Below the pieces are notes generated by a model that was not told where the DNA came from, did no database searches, and was given only the letters and a program-made list of their open reading frames with translations. From an uncultured virus (IMG/VR IMGVR_UViG_2881085443_000001) (lineage: Duplodnaviria; Heunggongvirae; Uroviricota; Caudoviricetes; Crassvirales), in IMG/VR virus record IMGVR_UViG_2881085443_000001: a stretch of 64,000 bases of DNA. One strand, 5' to 3'. Below are positions 45,276 to 56,200 of the stretch, one piece after another. Position numbers and translations under genes: made by a program. How positions within the stretch are numbered: the first letter of the stretch is position 1; each line of letters starts with the position of its first letter.

Positions 45276-47684
45276 CTAATTAGAAAATAATTTAGAAATA
45301 TCAAACTCTTCCTTGAAGTCTATTGGCGCGGATCCGTCTTTTCTTTGCGTAATCATTTCAGAGTTTTGCGAAGCGGCCACATCTTGCCTTTTGTCTTTGG
45401 CATCTTCCTTGTATTTGTTCAGGTTCATCGTAGTAGAAACTTTCATTTGCTCCAGATATACTTCTTGCTCAAACTTAATTTGTTCTCCGGGAGCGTCAAT
45501 TTCTTTTTTCTTTTGGTATTCCATTAAACGAATACTGGAAAGTTTAGCTTCGGTATCAATGTCGATTTGTTTCTGCATACCATAAGACTGCGTTTTTGCC
45601 TGCACTGCTGCTTGCGCGGAAGCCATATCGTTTTGGCTTTTTTCTTGTGCCATAATAGACTGCTCTTCCATGCGTTGCTTGATGCGTTTTCTTCTGCGGT
45701 ATTTCAGGTATTCATGCGCCAATTTAATATTGGTTCTGGCGATCCGTTGCGCTTCAATTTTGTCTTCCACGTCAATGGTCCCTTCTTTCATCGCAATGCC
45801 TAAATCTTCTGCGAATTCCTGCATTTCTTTTTGCGCCGGTACCATTTCTACAGAAAAACCAAATTCATGCAAGCTGCGATCTGACAATGCTTCTAATGCT
45901 TCGAGATTGTGTTTTCCTACGGCATTTTCGTAGATTCTTTTTAAATACCCTGATTTATCATGTTTGAAAATAGAATGTATTCTGGAAGAGATCAGTTCAG
46001 CGACTCTTTTATTAAAATCAGTGGCGGCATCTACAATATGCTGCGTAGCGGTATTACTGGCTAATTGTGCCATTTCGTTTACGCCTAACAATGCATCTGC
46101 AGGAAGTGATCCGTCACGGGCCGGATTTACACCGGTAACATCACGAATTAAATTGTAATAATGCGCCCAAGTATTCAACAACGGAGCTAATGCGCTTCCT
46201 TGCTGACTTGAAATAGGTCTTGCTCCTGCGCCTTCTTTCATTCCTAGTTCGCCCATATCCGTTCGCTGGGTAATCACAACACCTTTGGTATTCAAAAGGT
46301 TTAACGCCATTTGCCAATTCTCTTTTTTGTCGCCTCCTTCTTCTCCTTCACCACTTAAATCAGCAAGGCTATCCAAGTCAATTTGCGTTAAATCCGGTTT
46401 CAACTCGGCAACTAATTGTTGAATTTTTAAATGTTCGCGCTGCAATTGTTTACACATCGGTTGAATATCGCCTAAGAACGAATGCAGCCTGTTTTTATAA
46501 ATGTTGGTAGCAATAACCACAAACGGAGATTTGGCTTTATTCATGTCGTCACGAACTAAATTCTCACATTCTTGGTACCCGTAAATCTCATTGGATCCTA
46601 CCACATAATTTCCTTCGTACCAAGTGTCCAAAACTTTTGATGATTTTAATTCCGTCATTGGTGGATCAAAACTATCGTCTCTTTGGCTTACTTTGGTAAC
46701 TTGCCCTTTTTTATTAATGGTCTTTTTAAACGTAATTCTTTTGGCTGATTTGAATGTAAAGCGCATCACGTGAATTCTCATGTCCAGTAAGCTTTCCATG
46801 TTACACTCTTCAAAATTTTCATTGAAAAGCATGTTGTTTGCTGCAGCTTGTTTCTTAGCGATACGTCTCAATACAATATCATCAAAACCGCTTTCTCTTT
46901 TAATATCATTAATGCTGATAGTATCCACATAGAAATGATAAAAAGCATCGTCGAAATTATTTTTATTTACATAACTGTGTCCGTAAGTTTCCGCATCTAT
47001 AATCTGAACTTTTACGCCGTCATTTTTATCGGTATAAACACGCGCTACGGCGATTCCTATTTCAACTAAATCTTTATTCTTTTCTCTTTCGATTGTATTC
47101 CATTCATTTGTTTTTTTGACGTAATCAATCATGATTTCTTCAGCAATCTCAATTCGTGGACGGTCTTTGATTTCCATGTACAAATTCAATTCGTCTTCGT
47201 CTTCCGGTACAAAACCTTTTGGAACCAAATCAATACCCAAAACCTTTTTGGCTTTTTCAAGCATCGGTTTAGCATACATAGCCGTCTTGAACAAATTAAT
47301 GCGGTCCTGTTTTAATTTTACAGAAATAGCGTCAAAAGCTCTAATATCCAGATTGTAATATTTGTCCTGAATTCCATTGGAAACGATCCTGCAGAATTTT
47401 TGTGAAATATTCAATTGCGACCAGTCCAGATTGATATAATCTAAATCACCGGTATTTCTGGATAACAAATTCTTGTCGTCACCGGAGTCGGATTCCGCAC
47501 GAACAAATAATCGTTTTTCTTCGATCCATTTACCACGCGTCATGAATTGGCTGCCTTTGGATTCAATGCCGCCATTGAACCATTCACTTTCAATAAAGTG
47601 GGCCATCTGTAAACCGTAAGTAGGATCTGCTTTTACAGTGTCAGGAGCTAAAGGATCTGGGATTTTGTGTGTGTTTTTTGACAT
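45276..47684 (-). CDS. portal protein
   Basis: 802 aa directly after the terminase; YINLDW and IRDVTGVNPARDG motifs; C-terminal coiled coil. Confidence 0.8.
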   Translation of the reverse strand: MSKNTHKIPDPLAPDTVKADPTYGLQMAHFIESEWFNGGIESKGSQFMTRGKWIEEKRLFVRAESDSGDDKNLLSRNTGDLDYINLDWSQLNISQKFCRIVSNGIQDKYYNLDIRAFDAISVKLKQDRINLFKTAMYAKPMLEKAKKVLGIDLVPKGFVPEDEDELNLYMEIKDRPRIEIAEEIMIDYVKKTNEWNTIEREKNKDLVEIGIAVARVYTDKNDGVKVQIIDAETYGHSYVNKNNFDDAFYHFYVDTISINDIKRESGFDDIVLRRIAKKQAAANNMLFNENFEECNMESLLDMRIHVMRFTFKSAKRITFKKTINKKGQVTKVSQRDDSFDPPMTELKSSKVLDTWYEGNYVVGSNEIYGYQECENLVRDDMNKAKSPFVVIATNIYKNRLHSFLGDIQPMCKQLQREHLKIQQLVAELKPDLTQIDLDSLADLSGEGEEGGDKKENWQMALNLLNTKGVVITQRTDMGELGMKEGAGARPISSQQGSALAPLLNTWAHYYNLIRDVTGVNPARDGSLPADALLGVNEMAQLASNTATQHIVDAATDFNKRVAELISSRIHSIFKHDKSGYLKRIYENAVGKHNLEALEALSDRSLHEFGFSVEMVPAQKEMQEFAEDLGIAMKEGTIDVEDKIEAQRIARTNIKLAHEYLKYRRRKRIKQRMEEQSIMAQEKSQNDMASAQAAVQAKTQSYGMQKQIDIDTEAKLSSIRLMEYQKKKEIDAPGEQIKFEQEVYLEQMKVSTTMNLNKYKEDAKDKRQDVAASQNSEMITQRKDGSAPIDFKEEFDISKLFSN

Positions 47685-47690
47685 GGTTTA

Positions 47691-49895
47691 CTATTTTGCT
47701 GTTGATAAATTTCCGACGTTGTTGTATTTCTGAAAAGGATTCCCTCTTCGTCTGGTTTTGGGTGCTTCGACTTCTATTTTTTGGTTTCCTAAAAGCGATA
47801 AGGAAGAGCTGATATAGGCATCAAACTTTGTTCTTTGGTTAGGATCTACCTCTTTCCACTGCATTAAAGTCCTGGTAAAAGGCATAAATGCTATCGTTTC
47901 TTTTGCTCTGTTTATTTCTTCTCTGGCAACGCCCACATGATCTTCGATATAACTTTGAATGGCGTAAAACTGAGCGTCGCCAATTTTTACATTTTGCGCC
48001 GGACAACCTCCAAACTCCTTTTCGTTTGGACCTAAATCAACAAAGTTTTTAAACGGATTGTTCATGCTGAAATGACGGTACCTGCGATCTCTGATCATCG
48101 TCAGAAACTGGTAGTTCGATAATTCGCAAAGCATTGGCATAGAAAAATATACCATGGCCATTAAAACATCTTCAAAGAACATTTCTATTTTTGGCGCTCG
48201 GTCCAGGTATTCTAATATAAAAGCGTTGTTGGGAAGGTTGCTGGTATTGAGTTTTGTACTCAAATGCACCGCGCCGCGCGAACCTCTGCCGTCTGCTGAT
48301 TTTGTGGTATTGTACGGATCGACTCCAAAACAACCAATATTTAATGCTGTTGGCGCCCACGCGGAAACGCCGTTGATAAACTTCATTTCTTTTTTGTTGC
48401 GAAATTCCGGAGCTGGATGGCAACCTCTGGCGATCCAAAACCTACCGTTAGGATCTGGATTCCATTGTACCGCTGTATCCGGTATGCCGTTTTCCCAAGA
48501 GAAATTCCCTCTTTCTATTTCGTCCGGAAGCATATCGAATTCGTTGTGATCTATTTGCTCCGTGATTTTTATCAGGTTAAACGAACAGTCCGTCGCTTCA
48601 TCACGGAACGCGTCGCGAACGGTATCCGGGAACTGGCGTTTTTGTTCATTGAGTTCTTCAGGATCGTTTTTCAACGCTTCCTCTACATTTTTCAAATGCG
48701 TTACAGATCCAACTTTTGTTTTTACTCCAATATCAGTCATGACTTCAAACTCCTGGTCTTCGACTATGGTGAAACCGTATTCATCAAACTTTCCTTCTAA
48801 GCAATATTTAGCAGCAATAAAAATGCGATACAATCCTGATTTAGTTTGTCCATTGGCATTTCGTTCGTTTACATCGCTGTCTTTCCAGATTTTCTCATAC
48901 TCCGCACCACCTTTGCTTTTCGCATTTACCGTAGAAACCACCATGGATTTTCCTGTAATATTCACTCCTTTGGTATGAGACGTTTTTACGATATACCAGT
49001 ACTTATCGAATGGAACATCTTTAGGGTATTTACCGGATTCATCCAGCAGCGAACGAAAGATAGCGTCCCCATCCATCGCATTTATTTCGGTGTTGTGCCA
49101 AGAGATTACAGATCCAAGACCGTCTTCATTAACGACCTCGTTTTTGGCTCTTCTTTTGGTAGGAACATCAAGGACCAATTCCTTTTTAGGCGTATTGGTA
49201 CCGTCCCATAACGGTTGAAAGAAACAAGGCAAACGTTTAAATCCTTTGATTAATCGATTGAAAATTTTCTTGGAATCGTCTCCTTTTTTAGAAACAATGC
49301 CTAACAATTTATCTTCGTTAATGGTTCCTGATTCCAGTAATTCCACCACGGCCAGGTACGAAGCTCCAATACGTCTGTTTTTCACGTACTGCATTCCATA
49401 GCATCTGTTGTCTGCTTTACAGGCTTCCCAGAAAATCATCAATTCGTTTTGAATTACCCTGAAGTCCGGAAACTCTTTTTCCTCCCGGATCCATTGTATG
49501 CCGTAATAATAAGTCCCGGTAATATAGATAGGAATTCCTTTTACATAGGCCCAAACTCCTTTTTCCCTGCGCTCGTATTCACGATCTATATAATCAGAAT
49601 ATTTAGGATTGTGCATCGTAGCTTCCGTCAATCCAACTGGAATTTCCTCACGTTTGAATTTTTGATTGGCTGCGGTTTTATCGTGATTTAAGATGTTCTG
49701 CTTATTGGGAACTTCCGGAAAACCAATATTGATTCCACTTACGCTGTAAATTTCCCCAAGAGTTCCGACCTTAGATATTATAACGGTATCAATAGAAGCG
49801 TCATAGCCGTATTCCCAAGACTTGGCCTTGTTTTTAGCTAGACGAACTTTATGGTCCGTTACGTTATCGACTTTATCTCCTAAGTAAAATATCAT
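47691..49895 (-). CDS. terminase large subunit
   Basis: Walker A-like KNRRIGASY, Walker B LLDESGK, VSTVN, nuclease FGVDPY and RTKFDAYISS. Confidence 0.9.
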   Translation of the reverse strand: MIFYLGDKVDNVTDHKVRLAKNKAKSWEYGYDASIDTVIISKVGTLGEIYSVSGINIGFPEVPNKQNILNHDKTAANQKFKREEIPVGLTEATMHNPKYSDYIDREYERREKGVWAYVKGIPIYITGTYYYGIQWIREEKEFPDFRVIQNELMIFWEACKADNRCYGMQYVKNRRIGASYLAVVELLESGTINEDKLLGIVSKKGDDSKKIFNRLIKGFKRLPCFFQPLWDGTNTPKKELVLDVPTKRRAKNEVVNEDGLGSVISWHNTEINAMDGDAIFRSLLDESGKYPKDVPFDKYWYIVKTSHTKGVNITGKSMVVSTVNAKSKGGAEYEKIWKDSDVNERNANGQTKSGLYRIFIAAKYCLEGKFDEYGFTIVEDQEFEVMTDIGVKTKVGSVTHLKNVEEALKNDPEELNEQKRQFPDTVRDAFRDEATDCSFNLIKITEQIDHNEFDMLPDEIERGNFSWENGIPDTAVQWNPDPNGRFWIARGCHPAPEFRNKKEMKFINGVSAWAPTALNIGCFGVDPYNTTKSADGRGSRGAVHLSTKLNTSNLPNNAFILEYLDRAPKIEMFFEDVLMAMVYFSMPMLCELSNYQFLTMIRDRRYRHFSMNNPFKNFVDLGPNEKEFGGCPAQNVKIGDAQFYAIQSYIEDHVGVAREEINRAKETIAFMPFTRTLMQWKEVDPNQRTKFDAYISSSLSLLGNQKIEVEAPKTRRRGNPFQKYNNVGNLSTAK

Positions 49896-50191
49896 TTGTT
49901 AGCTTGTTGCGCGTATCTTTTGGCTGGATTAGCTGAAAGTGATTTGGTTTCTTGCTCTTCTTCCACGCCGTTAAATTCATTTTCTAAATCATCGATTCTT
50001 TTTAAGGTCCAGATCACATCTTCTGAGGCTTGTCTTTTAGCTTTCAAAACATTAAAAAGTTTATCATCAGTAATATCGTCTTCAATATCACTGTCGATTA
50101 TCGTTTCTATTTTACTGATCGAATTTTTTAACCTTTCAATAAGATTCGGAAGGTTCTGTTTATAGTAACTTTCTTTTTTTACTTCACTCAT
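49892..50191 (-). CDS. putative terminase small subunit
   Basis: 99-aa helical protein overlapping the terL start; positional inference. Confidence 0.45.
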   Translation of the reverse strand: MSEVKKESYYKQNLPNLIERLKNSISKIETIIDSDIEDDITDDKLFNVLKAKRQASEDVIWTLKRIDDLENEFNGVEEEQETKSLSANPAKRYAQQANK

Positions 50192-50772
50192 ACCGCTAAT
50201 ACATCTTTAGATCGTATCCAATACATTGTTTCGTTTTTAAAGAAAAAAGGTATTCCGCACGATGGGTTTATAAATATTTCTTGTCCGTTAACGACTCCCT
50301 GTTCTGCTAGAAAATCATTGTTGTATTTTACAATTGCTTTGCCTTTTACGTTTTTTTCTGTGGCCGGACCGGTAATGATCCCAGAAACAACTTGCGCTTC
50401 CTCTTTGATAAAAGAAACCATCAAATTATTGTTGTAACCTTTCCATTCTGAATTTTCGTTTTCACGGTACAGAATAATCATATCCGATTCTGTTTTATAC
50501 CAGGACTTTGCTGCGTTTACCAAATGGATACTTTCCTGTACGCCTTCCTTATAGATTTGTTGGTACAAAATGGTTGCGTCAAAAATGATTTCGTATCCTT
50601 CTTTAAGGATTGTTTCATCACCAAATGCCGGTAAACTAACTATCGTCCCAAAACGATTGGAAGCGCGGTCCCTTGATATTTTTTTATCTACAAATAGTTC
50701 AACTGCTCCAACTGAAATAGTATCCTTAAAAGGATTTTTTACTTCAATAATAAAATGACTTATTCCCTTCAT
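50188..50772 (-). CDS. GroES-like protein (two tandem domains)
   Basis: VSGIITGP...KGKAIVKY...YWIRSKDVLAV resembles cpn10. Confidence 0.5.
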   Translation of the reverse strand: MKGISHFIIEVKNPFKDTISVGAVELFVDKKISRDRASNRFGTIVSLPAFGDETILKEGYEIIFDATILYQQIYKEGVQESIHLVNAAKSWYKTESDMIILYRENENSEWKGYNNNLMVSFIKEEAQVVSGIITGPATEKNVKGKAIVKYNNDFLAEQGVVNGQEIFINPSCGIPFFFKNETMYWIRSKDVLAV

Positions 50773-50829
50773 TTTTTTGTATTATTAGTATACTTTATTT
50801 GTACTAAAATAGACAAAATAAACCTATGT

Positions 50830-51438
50830 TTAATCTTCTACTCTTGTTATATTTATTGTTTCACTGACTCCGCATGTACTCGATAAATACGCCTTGCCTT
50901 CCAGTTTGCCAAATAATCTGGTTTGAAACCAAAGGAACTTCCATTTTTTTCTTTCGAGATAAGCGATTGCTGTCGTGGTATCTTTGAATTCTTTTTTGGT
51001 AATGTCAAAAGACAATTGCTTATTGATATACTTTATTGTTCCCTCTACCGGATTACATGCTGACGAATCCCTGAACGGCATTGTAATATCATTGTTGGCA
51101 TTGATAGCGGCAAGCACCGGTTGTAAATCAGCTCGGAACGGAATAGTATCAGTGTACGTCAATCGCTGTTGCTGTATGTTCTGAATACGGTCCACTTTGA
51201 TTTTATTGTTTCTAATAATTTCGGCCAAGTCTTCGCTCTCAGCTATGTACTGTTTCATTTGGTCAAAAGTGAATTTAAAAAATTTCGCTTCTTCAATGGA
51301 TTGTTTTTGGTTCGCTATCTGGTCCTGATTCATTTTGTCAAGACGTTTGTTGACATTATTCGAAACATACCATCCTCCGGCACATATCACGATCAGGGCA
51401 AAAATTACAATTGCGGCAATAGATTTTAGATTTGTCAT
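50830..51438 (-). CDS. putative spanin-like membrane protein
   Basis: N-terminal TM helix, coiled coil and ERKKWKFLWF; downstream of the lysin. Confidence 0.5.
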   Translation of the reverse strand: MTNLKSIAAIVIFALIVICAGGWYVSNNVNKRLDKMNQDQIANQKQSIEEAKFFKFTFDQMKQYIAESEDLAEIIRNNKIKVDRIQNIQQQRLTYTDTIPFRADLQPVLAAINANNDITMPFRDSSACNPVEGTIKYINKQLSFDITKKEFKDTTTAIAYLERKKWKFLWFQTRLFGKLEGKAYLSSTCGVSETINITRVED

Positions 51439-51472
51439 TATTTTTCGTTTTTAGAAATGAATTACTTTTTAA

Positions 51473-51973
51473 TTAAACTCGATGCATCCAGCCGTTAAAG
51501 AAGATTTCCTGAGTCTTATCTTTTTCGCAAATAGATACGTAACGTGAAAACTGAAGACCGTTCAGTACCTTAAACAAAATATCTTTGTTTACTTTGTTGT
51601 ACGCACCAATTGTGTCTTTTCCTGCTAAACCATCAACCTTTAAATCCGGAAAATCTTTTTGGTTGCGATTCATTAAATTCAACCCGTTTTGAAACATTCT
51701 GGACGCTGTACCAACTCCCATATTCACGGCTATATCAAATAATTCAATAGCGTTTTTTTCGTCAATTAAATCCAAATTCATTTGGGCTGTTTTCCAATAA
51801 TTGGAATAGTATATTTTTTTGGCAGCGTCAATTGTCAAGTTTCTAATGTCGAGATCAGGAAATGATTTTTGAGAAATGCCATAGTTGGTTAAGCCGCCGC
51901 GATCATTTTTGTGGTCCGCTAAACCGCCTTCAATTCCTATTATTATTTCAAATGCTTTATTAAATTTTTCCAT
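51473..51973 (-). CDS. endolysin, glycoside hydrolase family 108
   Basis: IEGG...DRGGLTNYGIS, FDIAVNMG, VDGLAGKDT and FFNGWMHRV. Confidence 0.9.
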   Translation of the reverse strand: MEKFNKAFEIIIGIEGGLADHKNDRGGLTNYGISQKSFPDLDIRNLTIDAAKKIYYSNYWKTAQMNLDLIDEKNAIELFDIAVNMGVGTASRMFQNGLNLMNRNQKDFPDLKVDGLAGKDTIGAYNKVNKDILFKVLNGLQFSRYVSICEKDKTQEIFFNGWMHRV

Positions 51974-51983
51974 TTTGTTTTTT

Positions 51984-52220
51984 TTATTCTTTACTTTTTT
52001 GCGTGGCTAATCTTTTTTTGATCTCTTCTATTTCAATTGAATTTTCTTCAGCGTTTGCCTTGACAATCTCAAAAATGCTGTCGCGAACATGCTCTCGTTT
52101 TATGATGTGAAGATTCATGATTTTTGGTTCAGTGTACGGTTGTGCTTCAGGTGTTTTCCTAAAGTAATCACCGACTGTAATAATCATGGTGCATATCAGA
52201 AGTACTCCAAAATTTTTCAT
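51984..52220 (-). CDS. small membrane-anchored protein of the lysis cluster
   Basis: N-terminal hydrophobic helix. Confidence 0.55.
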   Translation of the reverse strand: MKNFGVLLICTMIITVGDYFRKTPEAQPYTEPKIMNLHIIKREHVRDSIFEIVKANAEENSIEIEEIKKRLATQKSKE

Positions 52221-52585
52221 TCGTTTATCTCTTTAATTTGTTCCTTATTTTTATCCGTAACCTGTTCCACTGCCTGAAGGTCCTTGATTTGTTTTTCGAC
52301 CATGAGAAGGTACCTGAACTGCCAAAAGTTGACTTTTTTTTCAGCCATAATAACATTCCGATCACTTCTAAGAATATAAGCAGTTTCATCATTTTCGTAT
52401 TCCATTATTTTCAGACTGAAAACTCCTATCACTACAAGTAGTATTAAAGTCCATCTGCCGTTTTGTTTAGTACTTTCGCTTTTGGAGATCCACCATTTCT
52501 CGCATTTTAGAAATATTACACCAAGTTCTTTGATAAAAGAAATAAATGGCTTGGCGAGCTTTGTTAAAAAAAGAGAAATGTCCAT
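52217..52585 (-). CDS. membrane protein of the lysis cluster
   Basis: One TM helix and a C-terminal coiled coil. Confidence 0.55.
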   Translation of the reverse strand: MDISLFLTKLAKPFISFIKELGVIFLKCEKWWISKSESTKQNGRWTLILLVVIGVFSLKIMEYENDETAYILRSDRNVIMAEKKVNFWQFRYLLMVEKQIKDLQAVEQVTDKNKEQIKEINE

Positions 52586-52629
52586 TAATTTTTGTTTTAA
52601 AAGGTAAAGTATTCCGTAGGCGCTGATTT

Positions 52630-52869
52630 CTATTCCAAACTTTCAGGCTCTTTACTCTCAAAACCTTCAATTTCTTTAGTCTGTTCACCTCCTGTCATTC
52701 TAAGGATTAGATTCAGGATTCCGGTAACAAAACCGATTACATACAGATAAGCCTGAGTGTTCACAACGCCTACTGCAGTTAGTAATGTTTCATCTACCAA
52801 TGGCAATATTCCTAAGATGATTGCGATAAGGTTTACCCAAATTGTTTTACTCTGATACCATTTTTTCAT
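52630..52869 (-). CDS. holin
   Basis: MKKWYQSKTIWVN, two TM helices, NLILR. Confidence 0.75.
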   Translation of the reverse strand: MKKWYQSKTIWVNLIAIILGILPLVDETLLTAVGVVNTQAYLYVIGFVTGILNLILRMTGGEQTKEIEGFESKEPESLE

Positions 52870-52908
52870 TTTAATTTAATTTAATTGTTAATAATTATTG
52901 ATTTATTT

Positions 52909-53271
52909 TTATTCTGTAAATTCCCAAATATTAGGATTTGTTCTGTAAAGAGTTAAACCATCAGGGAACAAGACATACTGCGTGTCAAACATCAATGCTT
53001 CTTTGAGTTTCTTCCAATCAATTTCTGATTTGGTCATTCCTGAGAAGTCATGATCAGAAAACAAATAAGCATCCAGTGTGTCCATTTCTAATGTAGAGTA
53101 GAAATCTTCAGTAGCTTTGTGAATAGTTTTTACTCCATCAACAAAAACGTAGTCATGAATCAGTAAATTGATTCCCTCGTGAGTTACTGAATACGAAAAA
53201 ATTTCTGTTTCTATAATTGATTTTTTAGGGCCTCTGTCCTCGTAATAAACTTCTTCAGTAGTGCGTATCAT
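52909..53271 (-). CDS. hypothetical protein (possible tail fibre chaperone)
   Basis: 120 aa directly after the fibre gene. Confidence 0.5.
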   Translation of the reverse strand: MIRTTEEVYYEDRGPKKSIIETEIFSYSVTHEGINLLIHDYVFVDGVKTIHKATEDFYSTLEMDTLDAYLFSDHDFSGMTKSEIDWKKLKEALMFDTQYVLFPDGLTLYRTNPNIWEFTE

Positions 53272-53282
53272 ATTTTTGAGTT

Positions 53283-56200
53283 TTAAGGTTTGTGGAAAAT
53301 TGTTCTATTTCCTGTTAGTTTATATGCTGCTCCTGATGGTAAATCAATGTCTGCATCTGCTGCAGCATCATTAGCATAAGAAGGTATTGAGATATATACA
53401 TGATAACCATTTTCATCAATATATTCTCTTAAAGTTTCAATCTGCATATCTGTTCCTGATGTAGTTTTTTGTCCTGTCCAAACTTGCCAACGAGATTTTC
53501 CTGTTCCTTTTCCCGTTCCAGCTTTATGTACTATAGTACCTCCATCTAAATTATATGTACCTAAAGCATCATTTGATTGTTTGTAAATACCACCTGCTTT
53601 TAAAGCAGCATAAACATCTGTTCCTAAAGAGGTCATTGCATACCAAGTTCTAGCTACTTGACCTAAAGCTAAAAAGTTACCTAAGCCTCCTATCTGAATA
53701 TAAATATCTCCTGCGTTACTTTGAGATCCTGCGCAAGCATATACGTTACCATTCGCAGTAGTCATAGCACCCCATCCTCTAAGTGTTTGTCCTAGTGCTA
53801 CAAAATTCCCTACACCTCCTGTTTGTTTGTATATATCACCTGTAAGTGTTCCAAAATTTTGATTACCTACAGCCGCATAAACATCTGAACCTAAAGAGGT
53901 CATAGCATTCCATCCTAATACAGATTGCCCAAGTCCTACAAAGTTTCCTACACCCCCTGTTTGCATATATATATCACCTAATACTGCTGAAACATATATG
54001 TTTCCATTTGCGCTAGTCATACCTCTATAATTTCTTTGAGTTTGACCTAAAGCTACAAAGTTACCCACACCTCCTGTTTGTTTGTAAATGTCTCCAACAG
54101 TACCAAACTGGCTTCCAACACAAGCATAAACATCAGAACCTAAAGAACACATACCATTCCACGGTCTTTGTGCTTGCCCAAGTGCAACAAAAGTTCCGAT
54201 ACCACCAGTTTGCATATAAATATCTCCAGAATTAACACAAGCATACACATTACCATTTGCAGAAGCCATTCCATGCCATACTCTAGCTGTTTCATCTAAA
54301 ACGTTAAAATTAGTATTAGGTTGAAAATTAATTGTTCTTCCTGCTGATATAACTAAATCCCTACCCTTGTTGATATTAGGACTTTGTTCAACACCTATTT
54401 CTCTATTAGCTTGGTTTCCTAAAGTAAAATCCTTAGTAGGTGCATAAAATGTACCAATTCCAAAAAATACCCCATCATCAAAAAGCCTACTTATTATTAA
54501 ATTAGTTGCATTTAATGACTTTGTAATGTAGTTAGTTGTTCCTGTAAATACAGACTGTTTAGTTGCCAATGCAGTATTGATTGTGCTTAAATCCGTATTA
54601 TCTAAGAGTGTTCCATCCCTATTTTGTAAAGTATAATACCTTGCAGCAGTATTTGCATTTCTAAAAAATGATGTGAATGTATTTGCAGCATTTCTTAATC
54701 CTAATTTATCATGTAGAAATATTTTTAGTCCTGAAACTGTTTGAACATCAGCAAGAACCATATCGCCACCACCGGTAGCTGTAGAACTAATTACAGGAGC
54801 GAGTGGATTTGTATTGTCAATAGTGATCCCTGCCCCTTGTGTGAACTTAGGTTGAAATCTACCTACACACCAATCATAAATTGCTTTGACACTTCCGTAT
54901 TTAGTTATCGATGCTTTGTCAGTTTCAATATCTTGTGATTTATTAGAGGTATCTTCTTTTCCTGATATATCAACAGTGTCTCCAAGTTTATCCCAAACTG
55001 TTCCAGTCCATCCATAATTAGCTCCTGTGTCATTCAAATTATACACATGGCCTATTTCAAGTCCTACTGTTTCTGCTGGCGGTAAAGCACCAAAATTAGC
55101 TACGCTTCCTTTCCATACATAGACACTTGAAATTTTAGAATCTATTTCAGATTTAGTGTAGTAGTTTGCTAAGTCTTGTACTGCTTGGGTGAACGTTATC
55201 ATTTTACCAACAGCACTAACAATCAATCCACCTAAACCTCTAAACTGAAACGTATCGTCTTTGACTGTAGCATTAACATTTCCGTTATCAGTGATAATGG
55301 TTTTTAAAGCTATTTGTTCGGGCGAACTTATTCCTGCTCCTACAGATAAAACAATGTTATCCATTTTAAATCCAGAAGCATTTGCTCCGGCAAGAACAAT
55401 ATCGATTCTATTGAATGCTGAACCGCTAAACGTAAAGTCGCTTAATGGAATAACAATAGTTTGATATGCATTAATGGTAGTTCTAACAAAATTATATTTA
55501 CCCGAATCCACATTGACTGCAGAACTGATCAGCGTATTGTTATTGTAAAAGCGAATAGAGAATTTTGCTGTACTTGCAAAAGCAGCTTTTAGATTTACAT
55601 AAAATTTTATTAGCGCGAAGTCAGCAACTTGTCTGGTTGTTATATCAGTAAACTTTAAGTATTGTCCATTGCTAAAAGCACCGCAATCAATATGTTTTGC
55701 TCCTTGAAACGAACCTGCTCCGGCATTAAAGTTAACGGTTCCGTTATTGGAGACTCCTGTAAATTCTACGTTCTCTTTATAGACAGCAAGCTCACTTACA
55801 TTAGTTGGCGTTACAGCACCCGTATTTAGATAAACTGTAGTGATTAATATTTGAGTATCGGTATTTACAGTAGCCGCAACCGGATCTGCGGTAGCATCAC
55901 CCGTAATTTTTATGGCTCCCGTAGCATCAACCGCAATAGCATCTATTCTTGGATTAACTAAATCAGAATCATCAAGTGTTATTTGTTCTTGATTGCCCGG
56001 ATATAAAATATAATCAATATAATAATCTGGGTAAAAAACATCATACACTAAACCTACACCACTCCATATTGCATACGCTTTGCCTGTAAAATTTGTTCGT
56101 AGGTTTTGCAGGCCTTGAAGTACTTCAATGTCAGTTTGTATTTCAGTGATCAAAGCTAAATCAACAGATTCTCCATCTGCTCCAGGCACCCCTTGAATTC

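Noticed and set aside
53580..54300. Diversity-generating retroelement repeats in the tail fibre
   Set aside because: The repeats are in-frame protein blades, differences are not adenine-specific, and no reverse transcriptase is in the window.
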